From IMG/VR virus record IMGVR_UViG_3300044267_003966, positions 1 through 47,119 of that record: 47,119 nucleotides of DNA. The stretch is one strand, 5' to 3'. The notes beneath the pieces are model-generated. The model did no database searches. It was not told the origin of the DNA and saw only the letters and a list, made by a program, of their open reading frames with translations. Below, piece after piece: positions 36,147 to 46,668 of the stretch (position 1 is its first letter; each line of letters begins with the position of its first letter). This DNA comes from a virus (Duplodnaviria > Caudoviricetes). The translations under genes and the position numbers were made by a program.

Positions 36147-36591
36147 GGTATTTGTAGGGATAGATCCAGGAAAAAGTGGAGCAATTACTGTACTTCAAGG
36201 GAATAAAATTAAATCATATAAATGTCCAGATAATACAATAGATATGGCTGTTTTGTTTGGTATAGGAATGAAAGGCTCTACACTTAATACAGTTGTGGGG
36301 ATAGAGAAGGTATGGGCATTTCCTACTGATGCTAAATCAAGAGCATTTGCCTTTGGAATGAATTATGGTATGTGGCATGGAATTGCAGGGTCTTTTGAGG
36401 TTAAAATGAAAGAAATAACTCCAAGAGAGTGGATGTCTCACTTTGAAGTACCTAAAAAACTAACAAAAACACATCGTAAACGATGGATTAAAGAAAAAGC
36501 GATGTCAATGTACCCTAAGATTAAAGTAACTCTTTATAATTCAGATTCTATATTGATAGCTAGGTACTTACAGGATACAATTACTTCTTAA
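36127..36591 (+). CDS. RuvC-like Holliday junction resolvase
   Basis: VGIDPGKSGA, IEKV, FAFGMNYG, ITPREW, DSILIA. Confidence 0.88.
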   Translation: MKNSHSKVFVGIDPGKSGAITVLQGNKIKSYKCPDNTIDMAVLFGIGMKGSTLNTVVGIEKVWAFPTDAKSRAFAFGMNYGMWHGIAGSFEVKMKEITPREWMSHFEVPKKLTKTHRKRWIKEKAMSMYPKIKVTLYNSDSILIARYLQDTITS

Positions 36592-39500
36592 AGTGGTCTT
36601 GATATAACTTCTTAAAGTTCTTTTGCATATATTGGTAGGTATAAGGCATATAGCTGTCGTACATTTCTTTCCATTTCCTTTCACCTGCCTTCATGTCTTT
36701 TATAATGTTTTTCCAGTTGTCAGGCTCTGCTTGTTTTAGCCATAAAATTTTATCTATAGCTCTTCTAATTTTACCATCAGACACCTTTCTGTAATTTTTT
36801 TCTATTAAAAATTGAGCAGGGTTTAAGCTCTTAAGTACTCTCTCAAGTCCTTTTTCTGCCTTTTTGAATGCTTCAGCTTCAGTGGTAACTTTACCTTGAT
36901 CTACACTATCATGGTAATAATAAGTAGCATACCCCATTAAAGATGTTAAATATGCTTTAGCAAAAGCATCTTTATCTCCTTTAACAAAAGCTGGCAATAA
37001 CATATCTCTGTATAAATCTTTTTCTGTTCTTGCATAATCACCACCAGCACCTATATAAACATTCTTTGCCTTCCTGTAAGTCCTTTCAAGCTGATTAAAT
37101 CTTTTATCATCCATAATCATTCTGTTAGAAGCTAACCCTTGATTTGCAACTTTTTGAAGGTTCCTGTAAAGGCCAGTAGTAGTTTTTGCCATTTCGTCAA
37201 AAGTTTGATACCCTGTTCGTGTATTATTGTTATAGTCTAATAAAAGTTTACCAATACTTGATGCATTATCAAGTTGTACAGGCATAACAAACTCAGTAAA
37301 AGAAACACCATAAGGGTTTGCTAAAGAAGAAGCTATACCTAAAAACTCCCCTTTATATGCAAGAGTTTTAAGCCTATCATCCCAGTCTTGTGCTTCAGGT
37401 TTAGGTGTCCCAAGAAGTCCACTATAAACTCCCATTAAAGCCTCTGCTGTCATATAACTTCCAAGCATATACATTGCAGGCCTTAAAAGTTCACCATTCT
37501 CAATAGCTAACTTTGTATTACTAATTGCATTTGCAGTTGCTGCATAAGCCATTCTCTTATAAAGAAGTGCAGGTTTTGTGTTTTCATTTCCTGCCCATAA
37601 AGGCATAAACAAGTCCATAGCAGAGCCTTGTGTTTTGATGTGAGCCATAGAGTTCATTTTTTGATATAATGCTTTTAATGACCTTTCAACTTCTATCTTT
37701 TGCTTTTTTGTTGCGAAGTCTACATCAGATGCCCCATTCAAACCATACTTTTTAAGCATAGCCATTTCATTATCAGATACCTCATAAAACTTTTCAAGTC
37801 TATTGGTAGATTTTTTATACTTTCTAGTAGAAGGGTCTAAGGATAAGTTTTTAACAAGCCTTTCTTGCTCAACCATTGATATTAATACACTGGAATATCT
37901 ATTTAAGTTTTCAGATGGTTTCATCCCTCCAAAAGCAAAAGCAAAGTCTGTTACAGATTTAACTTTACCTGTAACACCTTCATCATAAATCCTTGTACCA
38001 ATATCCAAAGCATTTGTTTTTCTTACTATTTCCTTATTATCTCTAGACATGGATTTGGTTACAGCTCCAAGGAAGTCCCTCATTCTATATGTAGCCATAT
38101 TCATAGTTGTGCCCATAAGAACATTCTTTAGTCCTGGCATCATTAACCCTGAAAGTCCTAATTTAGCAGTGATAGCTGTTCCTGCAGCAATAGCTCTAGC
38201 ACTAACACCCTGTTCAGGCACTATTTCTAAACCTAAGTCTCTTTTTAGAGCAGTGTCTATATATCTAGACATCTTGCCACTTATTTGATTGTTTTGCTTT
38301 ATCTTTTGAATAAATGCATCATATTGAGCTCCTGTAGATAATCCTGGAAGCTTTGCAAACTCAGGGAAATGTTCAAGGGTAGCAAGATACTTAGCCATAC
38401 CTGTAGAATACTTGCCCATCAATACATCAAAGTCAGACTCATATGTTTTTATTTTAGTGCCATCAGGCCCTTCTAAATATTCAGGAAACTTAATAGACCT
38501 GTTTAAAAGTGACCTGTTAAAAGCTTGAGGAGTGCCATAGTATGATTGAGTTTCTATCTGAGATTTAACTTGATACTCAGCTTTTTCTTTAAACTCCCCA
38601 ATTTGTTTGTTCGTAGGATCGCCATATTTTTCTTTAGCCATTTTTAAAGCAATTTTTTCAGCCTTCTCGTCAATGACTTTTTGCATCTTCTTGTGATTTA
38701 AATCTAAAAGACCTTTAGCTTCTTTTGTGAGGATACGATTAACATAAGTTCCTGGCTGCTGAAATTCTATAAAGTTTTCTTTTATCCATGCTTCAGCAGA
38801 AGCTTCTGAATCAGATATTTTATAAACGATGTCAATTAATTCTTTTCTAGAATAATCATACATATCATTAACTGCCTGTACAAACTTACCTTCATCTGTC
38901 TCTAAATTAACAATTCTTTTTTCAGGTTTTGTTTCTGCAGGGTTTTTGTAAGCCTTGTTAATAAACCTTTGACCTTCATTTCTAATATCAAGAGGAAGGC
39001 TTGGGTCTTTAATAACTTCAGGGTCAATAAATTTTACTTTATTGCTAAATGATTTAAACTTTTTCCCCCCAAGTTCCTTTCTAATATTATAAATAGCATT
39101 ATTTACAAACCCAATATGCCCTTGTTCAGATGCAGTCCTATTTATAAGAGTGTTAGAAAGTTTTTTGCTGTACTTCTTGACAACCTCAAATACTGGCAAA
39201 GAAGTCATTTTAGCTCCCTCTACAATCTTACCTGCTGTTTCATCTCCAGTAAAAGATCCTATAAACTGCCTAAACATACTCTTGTTCTCGCCTACTTCAT
39301 CTTTCAAAATATATTTATCTAAAATTCTAGTTTTTTCATTTGTATTTATAGGATCCAAGCTTTTTACAAATGATTGATATTGCTTAATTTGTACATCAGA
39401 TGCATCAAATACATTTCCTGTCTCTACTCCCAAGCTTTTCAATATTTGAGCCTTAGGTTCTTCTTTTATATTAACTTCAGGTTTTTTTCTTATATTCTCT

Positions 39501-41647
39501 GCATCTACATAAGATTGAAACCAGTCAATAGTATTAGCTTTAGACTTTAATTTAACTTTGTCTACATTTTTTATATTAGATAAAGTATTAGATACTTGCA
39601 CTAATTTATCAGTATATCCAGGCTCTGTTAATTTGGTCTTTAGGAATGTAAAATCACTTCCAGCTCCTGGAGACAATTTAACAACATCTTTTAATATTTT
39701 TTTCCTTGAACTTCTTTTTATACCAAGGTCATCTAGAAGAGTATTATATTGATTAAAAACATTGTCATAAATTTGCTCAGGACTCCCTTTAATATCAGCA
39801 ACAGTCCTAGAGTTATCAATGATAGGCTCTTCTATACCCAGCTCTAACTGTTCACTTTTAGGTTGCTGCTTGTCAGCTTCGAAATCTTTTTTATTAATAT
39901 CATAAATTCTTTTTAAGTCATTCATTTTATCAAGGTCTTCAGTCAACACTTCATTAAGCCTATTAACATTGTCATAAATGTCTTTCTTTTCAGGATTAGT
40001 TAAAGTTCTATCTCTATAAGCCTCAAAATGATTAAACAATTCTCCTTTGTATACATCTGGTTTATCATCCTTACCTTTAACTATGCTAACATCAAGAAGC
40101 ATGTCGCTAAAAGTTTTATTGGTAGCATTCAATACGAGTGGAGTAAGCTCTGCAACTTCTGATATAATTTTTAAATCCTCTGCATCTCTCTTGTCTAAAT
40201 TTTCACCTTTATTTTCTTTTTTAAATATTTCAAGTTTCCTTTTAGGTACATCTATTTGACTTGTCAGTTGATTTAAACGAGTAAAGTTATTGTATATTTC
40301 TGACAAGCCTTTAGATTTTTTTGAATCATCAAGATTGCCAACCAATAGCTCATCCAATGCTTGCTTGTTTGTAACATTACCCTCTTCCTGTATTTTAGCA
40401 GAAACATTCTCTCTAGCTTTATTGATTCTCTGGCTTTCTCTAGAATCTAAGCCTTTCCTGCTTCCTTCTGATATCGCTTTCAAGCTTGATTGTATGCCAT
40501 CAGCATCATCATTAATAGTTAAATCATCTTTTGGTTTGCTATCTGAGCTTTTCTTTTTATATCCATATCCAAGAGACCTCATACCACCTATAACAAAAAA
40601 GTTTTGTAATGCATTCTTTTTGTAGTTTTCCCAGTTTAATTCCTCACCCATAAGAGGTAAATCAATAGCTGAAAATACACCTGCCTCTACAGCCACTTGA
40701 CTGGCAGGGTTAGTGGCATACTGAACAGCCAAGTCTTTAAATTTCTGAGATTCTGATGTTAAATTCTTTAATTTAGATTTAGCATACCATTGTCCCATTG
40801 TACCCTGAACAGCACCACCAGATATAGCCCCTGCAATTAACCCAGAAGTTCCTGCTTTGGTAGCCTCTGAAGCAACACTCCAATAATCAAACTCATCTTG
40901 TTCGCCATTTCTCATTCTTGTTGACTGTTGTGCTAAACTTCCAAGTGCTCCACCTGCTGCACCATATGTACCTAAACTTACACCCTCAACAACACCTGCA
41001 GTGGCTATAGTTTCTCCACTAAATTTTCCAGCTCTTGCTAATTGATGTGCCATTGCACCTTTATTAGCTGCTTTTGAAGTTGCTCTTGCTGCAACATTCT
41101 CTAGAGCTTGTGTTCTCATATACTTATCTACAGCCTTCTTTCCAAGTAACTTAGTGGCTGCAGTTTTCCCTAAAATATTCCCTGTAAAAAGCAATCCTAT
41201 ATCAACAGGATTGAGAAGGCCTACAGCAAATTGCCCTGCCTGCTCAAATATCCCAGATTCTTCTGTCATATCTACATCGTATTTAGGTTTGCCATACATA
41301 GCCTGATGTAATAAACCAGCAGATGAATTATTGAAAGCTTTTTTAGCAAAATCACTATCGCTAAAAGTAGCTGCACTTAAACCACTAAATGTAGACACTA
41401 AGTCTTTTAAGTAGCCAGGAGATGTATCATAATCATTAGGAGAGTCTTCAGGCTTACTGTACATAGACTCTTGTGTGGACTTCACTGGGTTGAAAGACTT
41501 GTACTCAGGCATTGAAGGGTCTTTCACTCTAACAGTATTGTAAATATCTTCTTCACTTAACCCTTCATATACTTCTTTAGGGTAGTTTCGTTTAAACCAG
41601 TCAGACACTTTCGATTGGTATTCTAATTGCTGTTTATATATAGACAT
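36581..41647 (-). CDS. Large internal virion (ejection) protein, 1688 aa
   Basis: Largest gene, last in a run of four; G/A-rich hydrophobic segments; position analogous to T7 gp16. Confidence 0.65.
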   Translation of the reverse strand: MSIYKQQLEYQSKVSDWFKRNYPKEVYEGLSEEDIYNTVRVKDPSMPEYKSFNPVKSTQESMYSKPEDSPNDYDTSPGYLKDLVSTFSGLSAATFSDSDFAKKAFNNSSAGLLHQAMYGKPKYDVDMTEESGIFEQAGQFAVGLLNPVDIGLLFTGNILGKTAATKLLGKKAVDKYMRTQALENVAARATSKAANKGAMAHQLARAGKFSGETIATAGVVEGVSLGTYGAAGGALGSLAQQSTRMRNGEQDEFDYWSVASEATKAGTSGLIAGAISGGAVQGTMGQWYAKSKLKNLTSESQKFKDLAVQYATNPASQVAVEAGVFSAIDLPLMGEELNWENYKKNALQNFFVIGGMRSLGYGYKKKSSDSKPKDDLTINDDADGIQSSLKAISEGSRKGLDSRESQRINKARENVSAKIQEEGNVTNKQALDELLVGNLDDSKKSKGLSEIYNNFTRLNQLTSQIDVPKRKLEIFKKENKGENLDKRDAEDLKIISEVAELTPLVLNATNKTFSDMLLDVSIVKGKDDKPDVYKGELFNHFEAYRDRTLTNPEKKDIYDNVNRLNEVLTEDLDKMNDLKRIYDINKKDFEADKQQPKSEQLELGIEEPIIDNSRTVADIKGSPEQIYDNVFNQYNTLLDDLGIKRSSRKKILKDVVKLSPGAGSDFTFLKTKLTEPGYTDKLVQVSNTLSNIKNVDKVKLKSKANTIDWFQSYVDAENIRKKPEVNIKEEPKAQILKSLGVETGNVFDASDVQIKQYQSFVKSLDPINTNEKTRILDKYILKDEVGENKSMFRQFIGSFTGDETAGKIVEGAKMTSLPVFEVVKKYSKKLSNTLINRTASEQGHIGFVNNAIYNIRKELGGKKFKSFSNKVKFIDPEVIKDPSLPLDIRNEGQRFINKAYKNPAETKPEKRIVNLETDEGKFVQAVNDMYDYSRKELIDIVYKISDSEASAEAWIKENFIEFQQPGTYVNRILTKEAKGLLDLNHKKMQKVIDEKAEKIALKMAKEKYGDPTNKQIGEFKEKAEYQVKSQIETQSYYGTPQAFNRSLLNRSIKFPEYLEGPDGTKIKTYESDFDVLMGKYSTGMAKYLATLEHFPEFAKLPGLSTGAQYDAFIQKIKQNNQISGKMSRYIDTALKRDLGLEIVPEQGVSARAIAAGTAITAKLGLSGLMMPGLKNVLMGTTMNMATYRMRDFLGAVTKSMSRDNKEIVRKTNALDIGTRIYDEGVTGKVKSVTDFAFAFGGMKPSENLNRYSSVLISMVEQERLVKNLSLDPSTRKYKKSTNRLEKFYEVSDNEMAMLKKYGLNGASDVDFATKKQKIEVERSLKALYQKMNSMAHIKTQGSAMDLFMPLWAGNENTKPALLYKRMAYAATANAISNTKLAIENGELLRPAMYMLGSYMTAEALMGVYSGLLGTPKPEAQDWDDRLKTLAYKGEFLGIASSLANPYGVSFTEFVMPVQLDNASSIGKLLLDYNNNTRTGYQTFDEMAKTTTGLYRNLQKVANQGLASNRMIMDDKRFNQLERTYRKAKNVYIGAGGDYARTEKDLYRDMLLPAFVKGDKDAFAKAYLTSLMGYATYYYHDSVDQGKVTTEAEAFKKAEKGLERVLKSLNPAQFLIEKNYRKVSDGKIRRAIDKILWLKQAEPDNWKNIIKDMKAGERKWKEMYDSYMPYTYQYMQKNFKKLYQDHFKK

Positions 41648-44595
41648 TATTTATATCCTAAACTTTTTAAATAAGCATTAGGAGATGTAAAGTTGCTATC
41701 TGGGGACAATACTGTATTTATCCATTTTATTAAACTTTTTTCTCCTCCAGCTTTCTTCTGGGCAGCGAATTGTTCTTTTAAATCATTTAATGCCTGTCCT
41801 TTTGTTTTAGGCGATGATGGAGATGTGTCCACTTCTTCATTGGCCATATCCTTTTCAATTTTTTTAAGAGAATCTGGGTTTTCCTCTCTTGCCCAAGCAA
41901 TAATCTCTTCAGCAATTTCAGGAACTTCATTCATCAAACTATATATTTCATATCCTGTCAAAGCAAGTCCTATACCTCCTGCTAAAGTTGAAATTCCTTC
42001 AGGAGCAACAGCTCCAACTGTTGATGCAGTCCATTGTGTCATTAATCGTTTAGCTACCCCTGGCCCTAATTTTTTTGCAACAACCTTAGCTAATCTACTT
42101 CTTAGCTTAGGGCTTGTTATTGCCTTCCAAGCATTGTCACTTATCAATCGTATTCCCTTGTTTATTGCAGCATTTCCAGCAGTTGCTGCTATGAACCCTG
42201 CTGCCATTTTTTCACCAGTAGAGAAGTCTAAATAATCACCCATCTGCCACCCTAATACCCCAAGACCAGCAGGAGCTATTTTATGTCCTAATTTTGCAGT
42301 AATAGTAGCTAAATCTTGAATAGTATAGCCAGCATTTTTTAAAGTAGGCCCTATTATTGATTTTATTTTTGACAAGTTCCATACATCTTGATTTCTAATT
42401 AACCTTTCTAAGACATCATCTGGCATATCAGCAAATTCTTTTATACTTTTTAATCTATTTATAGATTTTTTGACTAATTCCTCTCTTTTATTATTAATAG
42501 TCCTGTAATTATCTATACTACCTTTAACATCTAAATCAGCTATTTCCCATGTTTTTGTATCTGGATTCCATATTTTATCACCAACCATTGGAGGTGAGCC
42601 TTCTGGGCTAGCAAAAAGCTTTGGATGTCCCTTTTTAAAGTTTTTAAGCTCATCAGAAACATCAGCAAATTCTTTTAAAACAGATTGCATTTCTCCATCT
42701 TTCATTAAAAGATTAATTTGATTTCCATCTAATTTTACTACATTTTGTAAATAATCTATTGATTGTTGATTTAATTTCATTATACCTGGAAGTTTTTCTA
42801 CAACCTTTTTTCCTCCCATGTATACACCAACTCCAGCTGCCCCAACTTTAGTTAAATCACCTGCAAAATCTCCAATGCTAGAATATCCTCCCTCTCCACT
42901 ATCTCCAAATGCATCTTCGCCTAAGTCTTCATCATTTGAATTTACTTCTAAATCTTGACTTGAATTAACCCATGCCTCAATGTTATCTTCAGAAGTATTG
43001 TTGATAGCATTAACAATTCCTGTCACATCTTGATCTGCATCTTGATTGTCTAGTATATTGTCCATTATGGTAGCAACCTCTCCTTCTATTGCTGGTGGTG
43101 GTGTTGGCTTATCTTCATCTAAAATTTGATCTTCACTCAACCTGATTGATACACCAGTCCAGGCTTTATGCTTGTCATTTAATTTTGCCATTAAGCCTTT
43201 ATTGGCTCTCACTTCCTCAGCATAACTCTTTCTTAGCTCTACTATGTCTGTAAAAGGAGATTGCTCAGAAGTTTGACCTTCATTTATAGATTCCAATAAT
43301 TGATCAAAAAGGAGATTATTTTCTTGATCAGAAGGGTTAGCTATTTTTCTATCTAAAATATTAATTTGATTTTGCCTATTTAAAACCTGATTTTGGTAAT
43401 ATTCGTATGTTCTTTTAGCTTCTCCTGATTTTTCTTGTTTTACTTGGTTGTAAATCTCTAGGTCTCCTCCCATAATAAGACCTAGCTCTTCATCACTTAT
43501 AAAATCATCATTAACGACAGACTGGATTCCAACATTAAGCCTGCCTATATGTCTATCTAACTCAGCTATCAACTCTTTATCAGTCTTACTGCCCATATTA
43601 TATTTAAAGCCTAAACCTTCCCCCTCACTAAGAGCATCTTTTATATTTTGTGCTTTCATCTTTTGATCTATAAGAGCCATCATTTGATTTTCGTATTTAT
43701 TTTTTGAGGTTGTAATGCCAGTTTTTTTCTGATTAACTTCTATATCTTGAACTAAGGCTTTCATCCCTGCAGCCTCATCTTCAAATATTGCAAAACCCTT
43801 GCTATCAGTACCTTTGAAGCTATCCCCCCACCATTCAATTCCTACCTCATCAGATGGAGGTTTAAGGTTTCCAGGATTATTATTTCTAAATGATTTAGAG
43901 CCTTCAGGCATATCTGCCCTTGAGTGCCCTGGTGGAAACCATCCTTCGTGTTGCTTGATAAACCTAGCAAGATCTTCTTTATTAAGGTCAGCTAAAGAAG
44001 TATTTGACGAAACTCCAAGATTTGAAGATAAAAAATCTATATAATTTGTAGTATCATTTTCTGAGTATGGAGCAAATTTCTCCATATAACTTTTTAATGT
44101 ATGACTTCCCTTGCCTGTACCCTCTTCTATATCCATCAAATTATTTAAAACACCTTTAAATTCCTCTCCAGAATCCATAGAAATTATATCTGTACTGTAA
44201 AAATCATTTAATCCAGACATAGCATTTGTGTAAGTACTTATTTCATCTCTTTTTTTATTTAATGTATTTTCTAAACCCATTGCTACATCCATCATTTCAG
44301 GATCATCTTTCACTTTATTAAGTAAGCTTGTCATTCTTTGATTGTAAGCAGTAAGTCCCTTGTTATCAACTACATTGCCAGCCATTTTTATTAAGTTGTT
44401 GGCTTGATCAGTAAAATTAACTCTCCTTTCTCTTTTAAGGGAAGGGACACTACCAATGATTGATTGAGTTATATCACCTGCTAATTCCCACCCACTGGGG
44501 ACAAATTCAGTCTGACCTACAAGCCTCTTTCTTTCTGAGGCTTCAGACATTGCATCTCTTTCTGCCCTTTTTAGTAAAGTAAATATATCTGCCAT
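41647..44595 (-). CDS. Internal virion protein with muramidase-like (RNNNPGN) domain, 982 aa
   Basis: FAPYSENDT, HEG, RNNNPGNL, GFAIF; hydrophobic G/A-rich C-terminal helices. Confidence 0.7.
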   Translation of the reverse strand: MADIFTLLKRAERDAMSEASERKRLVGQTEFVPSGWELAGDITQSIIGSVPSLKRERRVNFTDQANNLIKMAGNVVDNKGLTAYNQRMTSLLNKVKDDPEMMDVAMGLENTLNKKRDEISTYTNAMSGLNDFYSTDIISMDSGEEFKGVLNNLMDIEEGTGKGSHTLKSYMEKFAPYSENDTTNYIDFLSSNLGVSSNTSLADLNKEDLARFIKQHEGWFPPGHSRADMPEGSKSFRNNNPGNLKPPSDEVGIEWWGDSFKGTDSKGFAIFEDEAAGMKALVQDIEVNQKKTGITTSKNKYENQMMALIDQKMKAQNIKDALSEGEGLGFKYNMGSKTDKELIAELDRHIGRLNVGIQSVVNDDFISDEELGLIMGGDLEIYNQVKQEKSGEAKRTYEYYQNQVLNRQNQINILDRKIANPSDQENNLLFDQLLESINEGQTSEQSPFTDIVELRKSYAEEVRANKGLMAKLNDKHKAWTGVSIRLSEDQILDEDKPTPPPAIEGEVATIMDNILDNQDADQDVTGIVNAINNTSEDNIEAWVNSSQDLEVNSNDEDLGEDAFGDSGEGGYSSIGDFAGDLTKVGAAGVGVYMGGKKVVEKLPGIMKLNQQSIDYLQNVVKLDGNQINLLMKDGEMQSVLKEFADVSDELKNFKKGHPKLFASPEGSPPMVGDKIWNPDTKTWEIADLDVKGSIDNYRTINNKREELVKKSINRLKSIKEFADMPDDVLERLIRNQDVWNLSKIKSIIGPTLKNAGYTIQDLATITAKLGHKIAPAGLGVLGWQMGDYLDFSTGEKMAAGFIAATAGNAAINKGIRLISDNAWKAITSPKLRSRLAKVVAKKLGPGVAKRLMTQWTASTVGAVAPEGISTLAGGIGLALTGYEIYSLMNEVPEIAEEIIAWAREENPDSLKKIEKDMANEEVDTSPSSPKTKGQALNDLKEQFAAQKKAGGEKSLIKWINTVLSPDSNFTSPNAYLKSLGYK

Positions 44596-44662
44596 ATTTT
44601 TCCTTTTTTAAATTATTTTAGTAGTCAGTTTCTTGCACTGTTCTGCCTTAAGCATTCACTGT

Positions 44663-45823
44663 TTATGAGCCAGATTGGGTTTTAGTTACCTGCCAATGAC
44701 CATCCCCTGTTGAGCCTATCCATTTAGCCTTAATATTCCAATTTTTGGTATTGTATCCTACATTATTTCTAACTTCGCCAACTGTTTGTGCAGTGAAATT
44801 CACCTCTTCCCCTTCAAATCCTTTCCATAAAGGAATAAAAGCAGAATCTTCACCCATATAACCAGTAACTCCTACAACTCCTCCAGGAGTAGGGGTAGTG
44901 TGAACAAGCCATTTACCATCAGAACTTGCATCTGTTCTCATCCTTAAATCCATATTATCACTAATCTTTGATCGAGCCCATTTAGAATCAAGATAATCTT
45001 GCTGGTTAGCATAACCCATAGGAACATCACCCTGAAGTCCTTTCTCTTCATCCATTCTAATTACTTGTAAAGCATTGTTATACTCTGACTCACTTATTTG
45101 ACCTAGATCATATAGCTTCTTCATCTCAGATGCTATGCTATACTCTTTTTGAGCTGCAAGTGTATCTTTAGCAAGCCCAAACTGTTTTTGTGCAAGACCT
45201 GTCTCAAATTCTCTTTGAGATTCGCTAATTCCCTGTCTATAGCCAGCCCTTCTTCTTCCACTGACAAGGCCTTGACCTTTAAAAGCTTGTTCGTCTGATG
45301 CTGTTAAACCTTCCAATATAGTGCCTCTCTGCTCCTGCCCTAAAGCCCCTACATCAAACCCATACTGTGTCTGCAATTGCTGCTCTTTTGTAGGATCATA
45401 TAGATTGATATTACTTTGAGTCTTACGAATCAAGTCATCACTAAAACCTAATCGTGTTAAATAATCAGCAACATCTGTTCTGGTTTCAGGATTAAATCCA
45501 GCACTTGAAGTATCAAAACCAAATCCTGTATCACCTCCAATACCTTGATCCATAACAGTAGCTGTTGCTCCCTCTCCTAACTGACCTGCTGTTATTTCAG
45601 TTTCAGAGGTAGAGCCTTGTTCACCATATACAATAGATTGAGCTCCAGGAACCTCAGATCCAGGAGTTATCATTCCAGTTTGACCTATAAGACCCATCGC
45701 TATTGTTTGAAACTCTTGATGCTTTTCTTGTGGAAGGTCTGGGTGCTGTTCAAGAAGTAGCTGAACATCATTAATACTGAATTGTCCATCTTCATTTACA
45801 TCATAAAATTTTAAAGTAGCCAT
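44663..45823 (-). CDS. Putative internal virion protein with N-terminal dockerin/EF-hand-like motif
   Basis: YDVNEDGQFSINDVQLLL; Q/G-rich helical middle. Confidence 0.6.
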   Translation of the reverse strand: MATLKFYDVNEDGQFSINDVQLLLEQHPDLPQEKHQEFQTIAMGLIGQTGMITPGSEVPGAQSIVYGEQGSTSETEITAGQLGEGATATVMDQGIGGDTGFGFDTSSAGFNPETRTDVADYLTRLGFSDDLIRKTQSNINLYDPTKEQQLQTQYGFDVGALGQEQRGTILEGLTASDEQAFKGQGLVSGRRRAGYRQGISESQREFETGLAQKQFGLAKDTLAAQKEYSIASEMKKLYDLGQISESEYNNALQVIRMDEEKGLQGDVPMGYANQQDYLDSKWARSKISDNMDLRMRTDASSDGKWLVHTTPTPGGVVGVTGYMGEDSAFIPLWKGFEGEEVNFTAQTVGEVRNNVGYNTKNWNIKAKWIGSTGDGHWQVTKTQSGS

Positions 45824-45834
45824 TTAATTCCCAT

Positions 45835-46587
45835 TTAAATTAATTTATAAAAATTCTCATCCTCTTTAGCTCTATCTCTTCCATCTTTAACAGGTATTGG
45901 AACAACACCACCCTGCTGGAAATTGAATTGTATTGGAGAAAATTTATTTAAGGGTTGTTGGGGTGCTCCCACAAAATTAAAATCAGACAAAGAGCTTACT
46001 TCTCCACCACCAACACCTAAATTAATTGGAGAACTTTCATTAGGATTTATTTGAAAAAATTGTGAAGAATCAGGACTTGAACCTCCAAGCCAGTCTGCCC
46101 CTTTAGTGTAAGCTCCTGCTCCTGCAGTAAGTGCTGATGCCAAGGCTCCAAATCTTTGAGATCTCTCAATGTCATCATAAAACTCTTCCGATCCCCCTAT
46201 TGTTTTAGCATATTCCTCTGGATCGAAGCTACCATAACCAATATCTCCTTCTTGACCTCTTTCGCCTTGAAGTCCCTCAAGGATGCTCGTTTCAGATTCA
46301 GGGCCATATCCTAATAAGTCTTTTCCAACACTCTCAGTAAGCTGAGATCCTATATAACTACCCACTCCTGCCTTTAAAGCTAATGCTAGAATACCTGCAC
46401 CTGGAACAATAAAATTTAATAATTGAGTAGCTCCAAGACCTGCAAGTGGTGAGAATGTCTTCAAAAATCCACCAAATCTGCTTTTCTTTTTAGCTTGCCT
46501 TTCAGAAGCTTCCTGTACAGCCTTTATCTGTTTTTCTCTTGCTGTTTTAAATTTACTTGCTAATAAATAATCTAAGGTTGATGCCAT
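45835..46587 (-). CDS. Putative ejection/pilot protein with TM-like segments
   Basis: LLNFIVPGAGILALALKAGVGSYIG, FGALASALTAGAG; FQQGG. Confidence 0.6.
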   Translation of the reverse strand: MASTLDYLLASKFKTAREKQIKAVQEASERQAKKKSRFGGFLKTFSPLAGLGATQLLNFIVPGAGILALALKAGVGSYIGSQLTESVGKDLLGYGPESETSILEGLQGERGQEGDIGYGSFDPEEYAKTIGGSEEFYDDIERSQRFGALASALTAGAGAYTKGADWLGGSSPDSSQFFQINPNESSPINLGVGGGEVSSLSDFNFVGAPQQPLNKFSPIQFNFQQGGVVPIPVKDGRDRAKEDENFYKLI

Positions 46588-46629
46588 ATTATACTCTCTT
46601 ATGTATATTTGTTAATGTTTCTTCTCTGT

Positions 46630-46658
46630 AATTTAATAAATTCATTTGTAATTTCCAA
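46630..46658 (-). promoter_or_regulatory. sigma70-type promoter for the ejection-protein operon
   Basis: TTGGAA-N17-TAAATT. Confidence 0.55.
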
Positions 46659-46668
46659 TTTTATGTAG

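Noticed and set aside
633-46587. Stop-codon reassignment
   Set aside because: Genes are long and tightly packed under the standard code; TAA, TAG and TGA all act as stops at coupled junctions.
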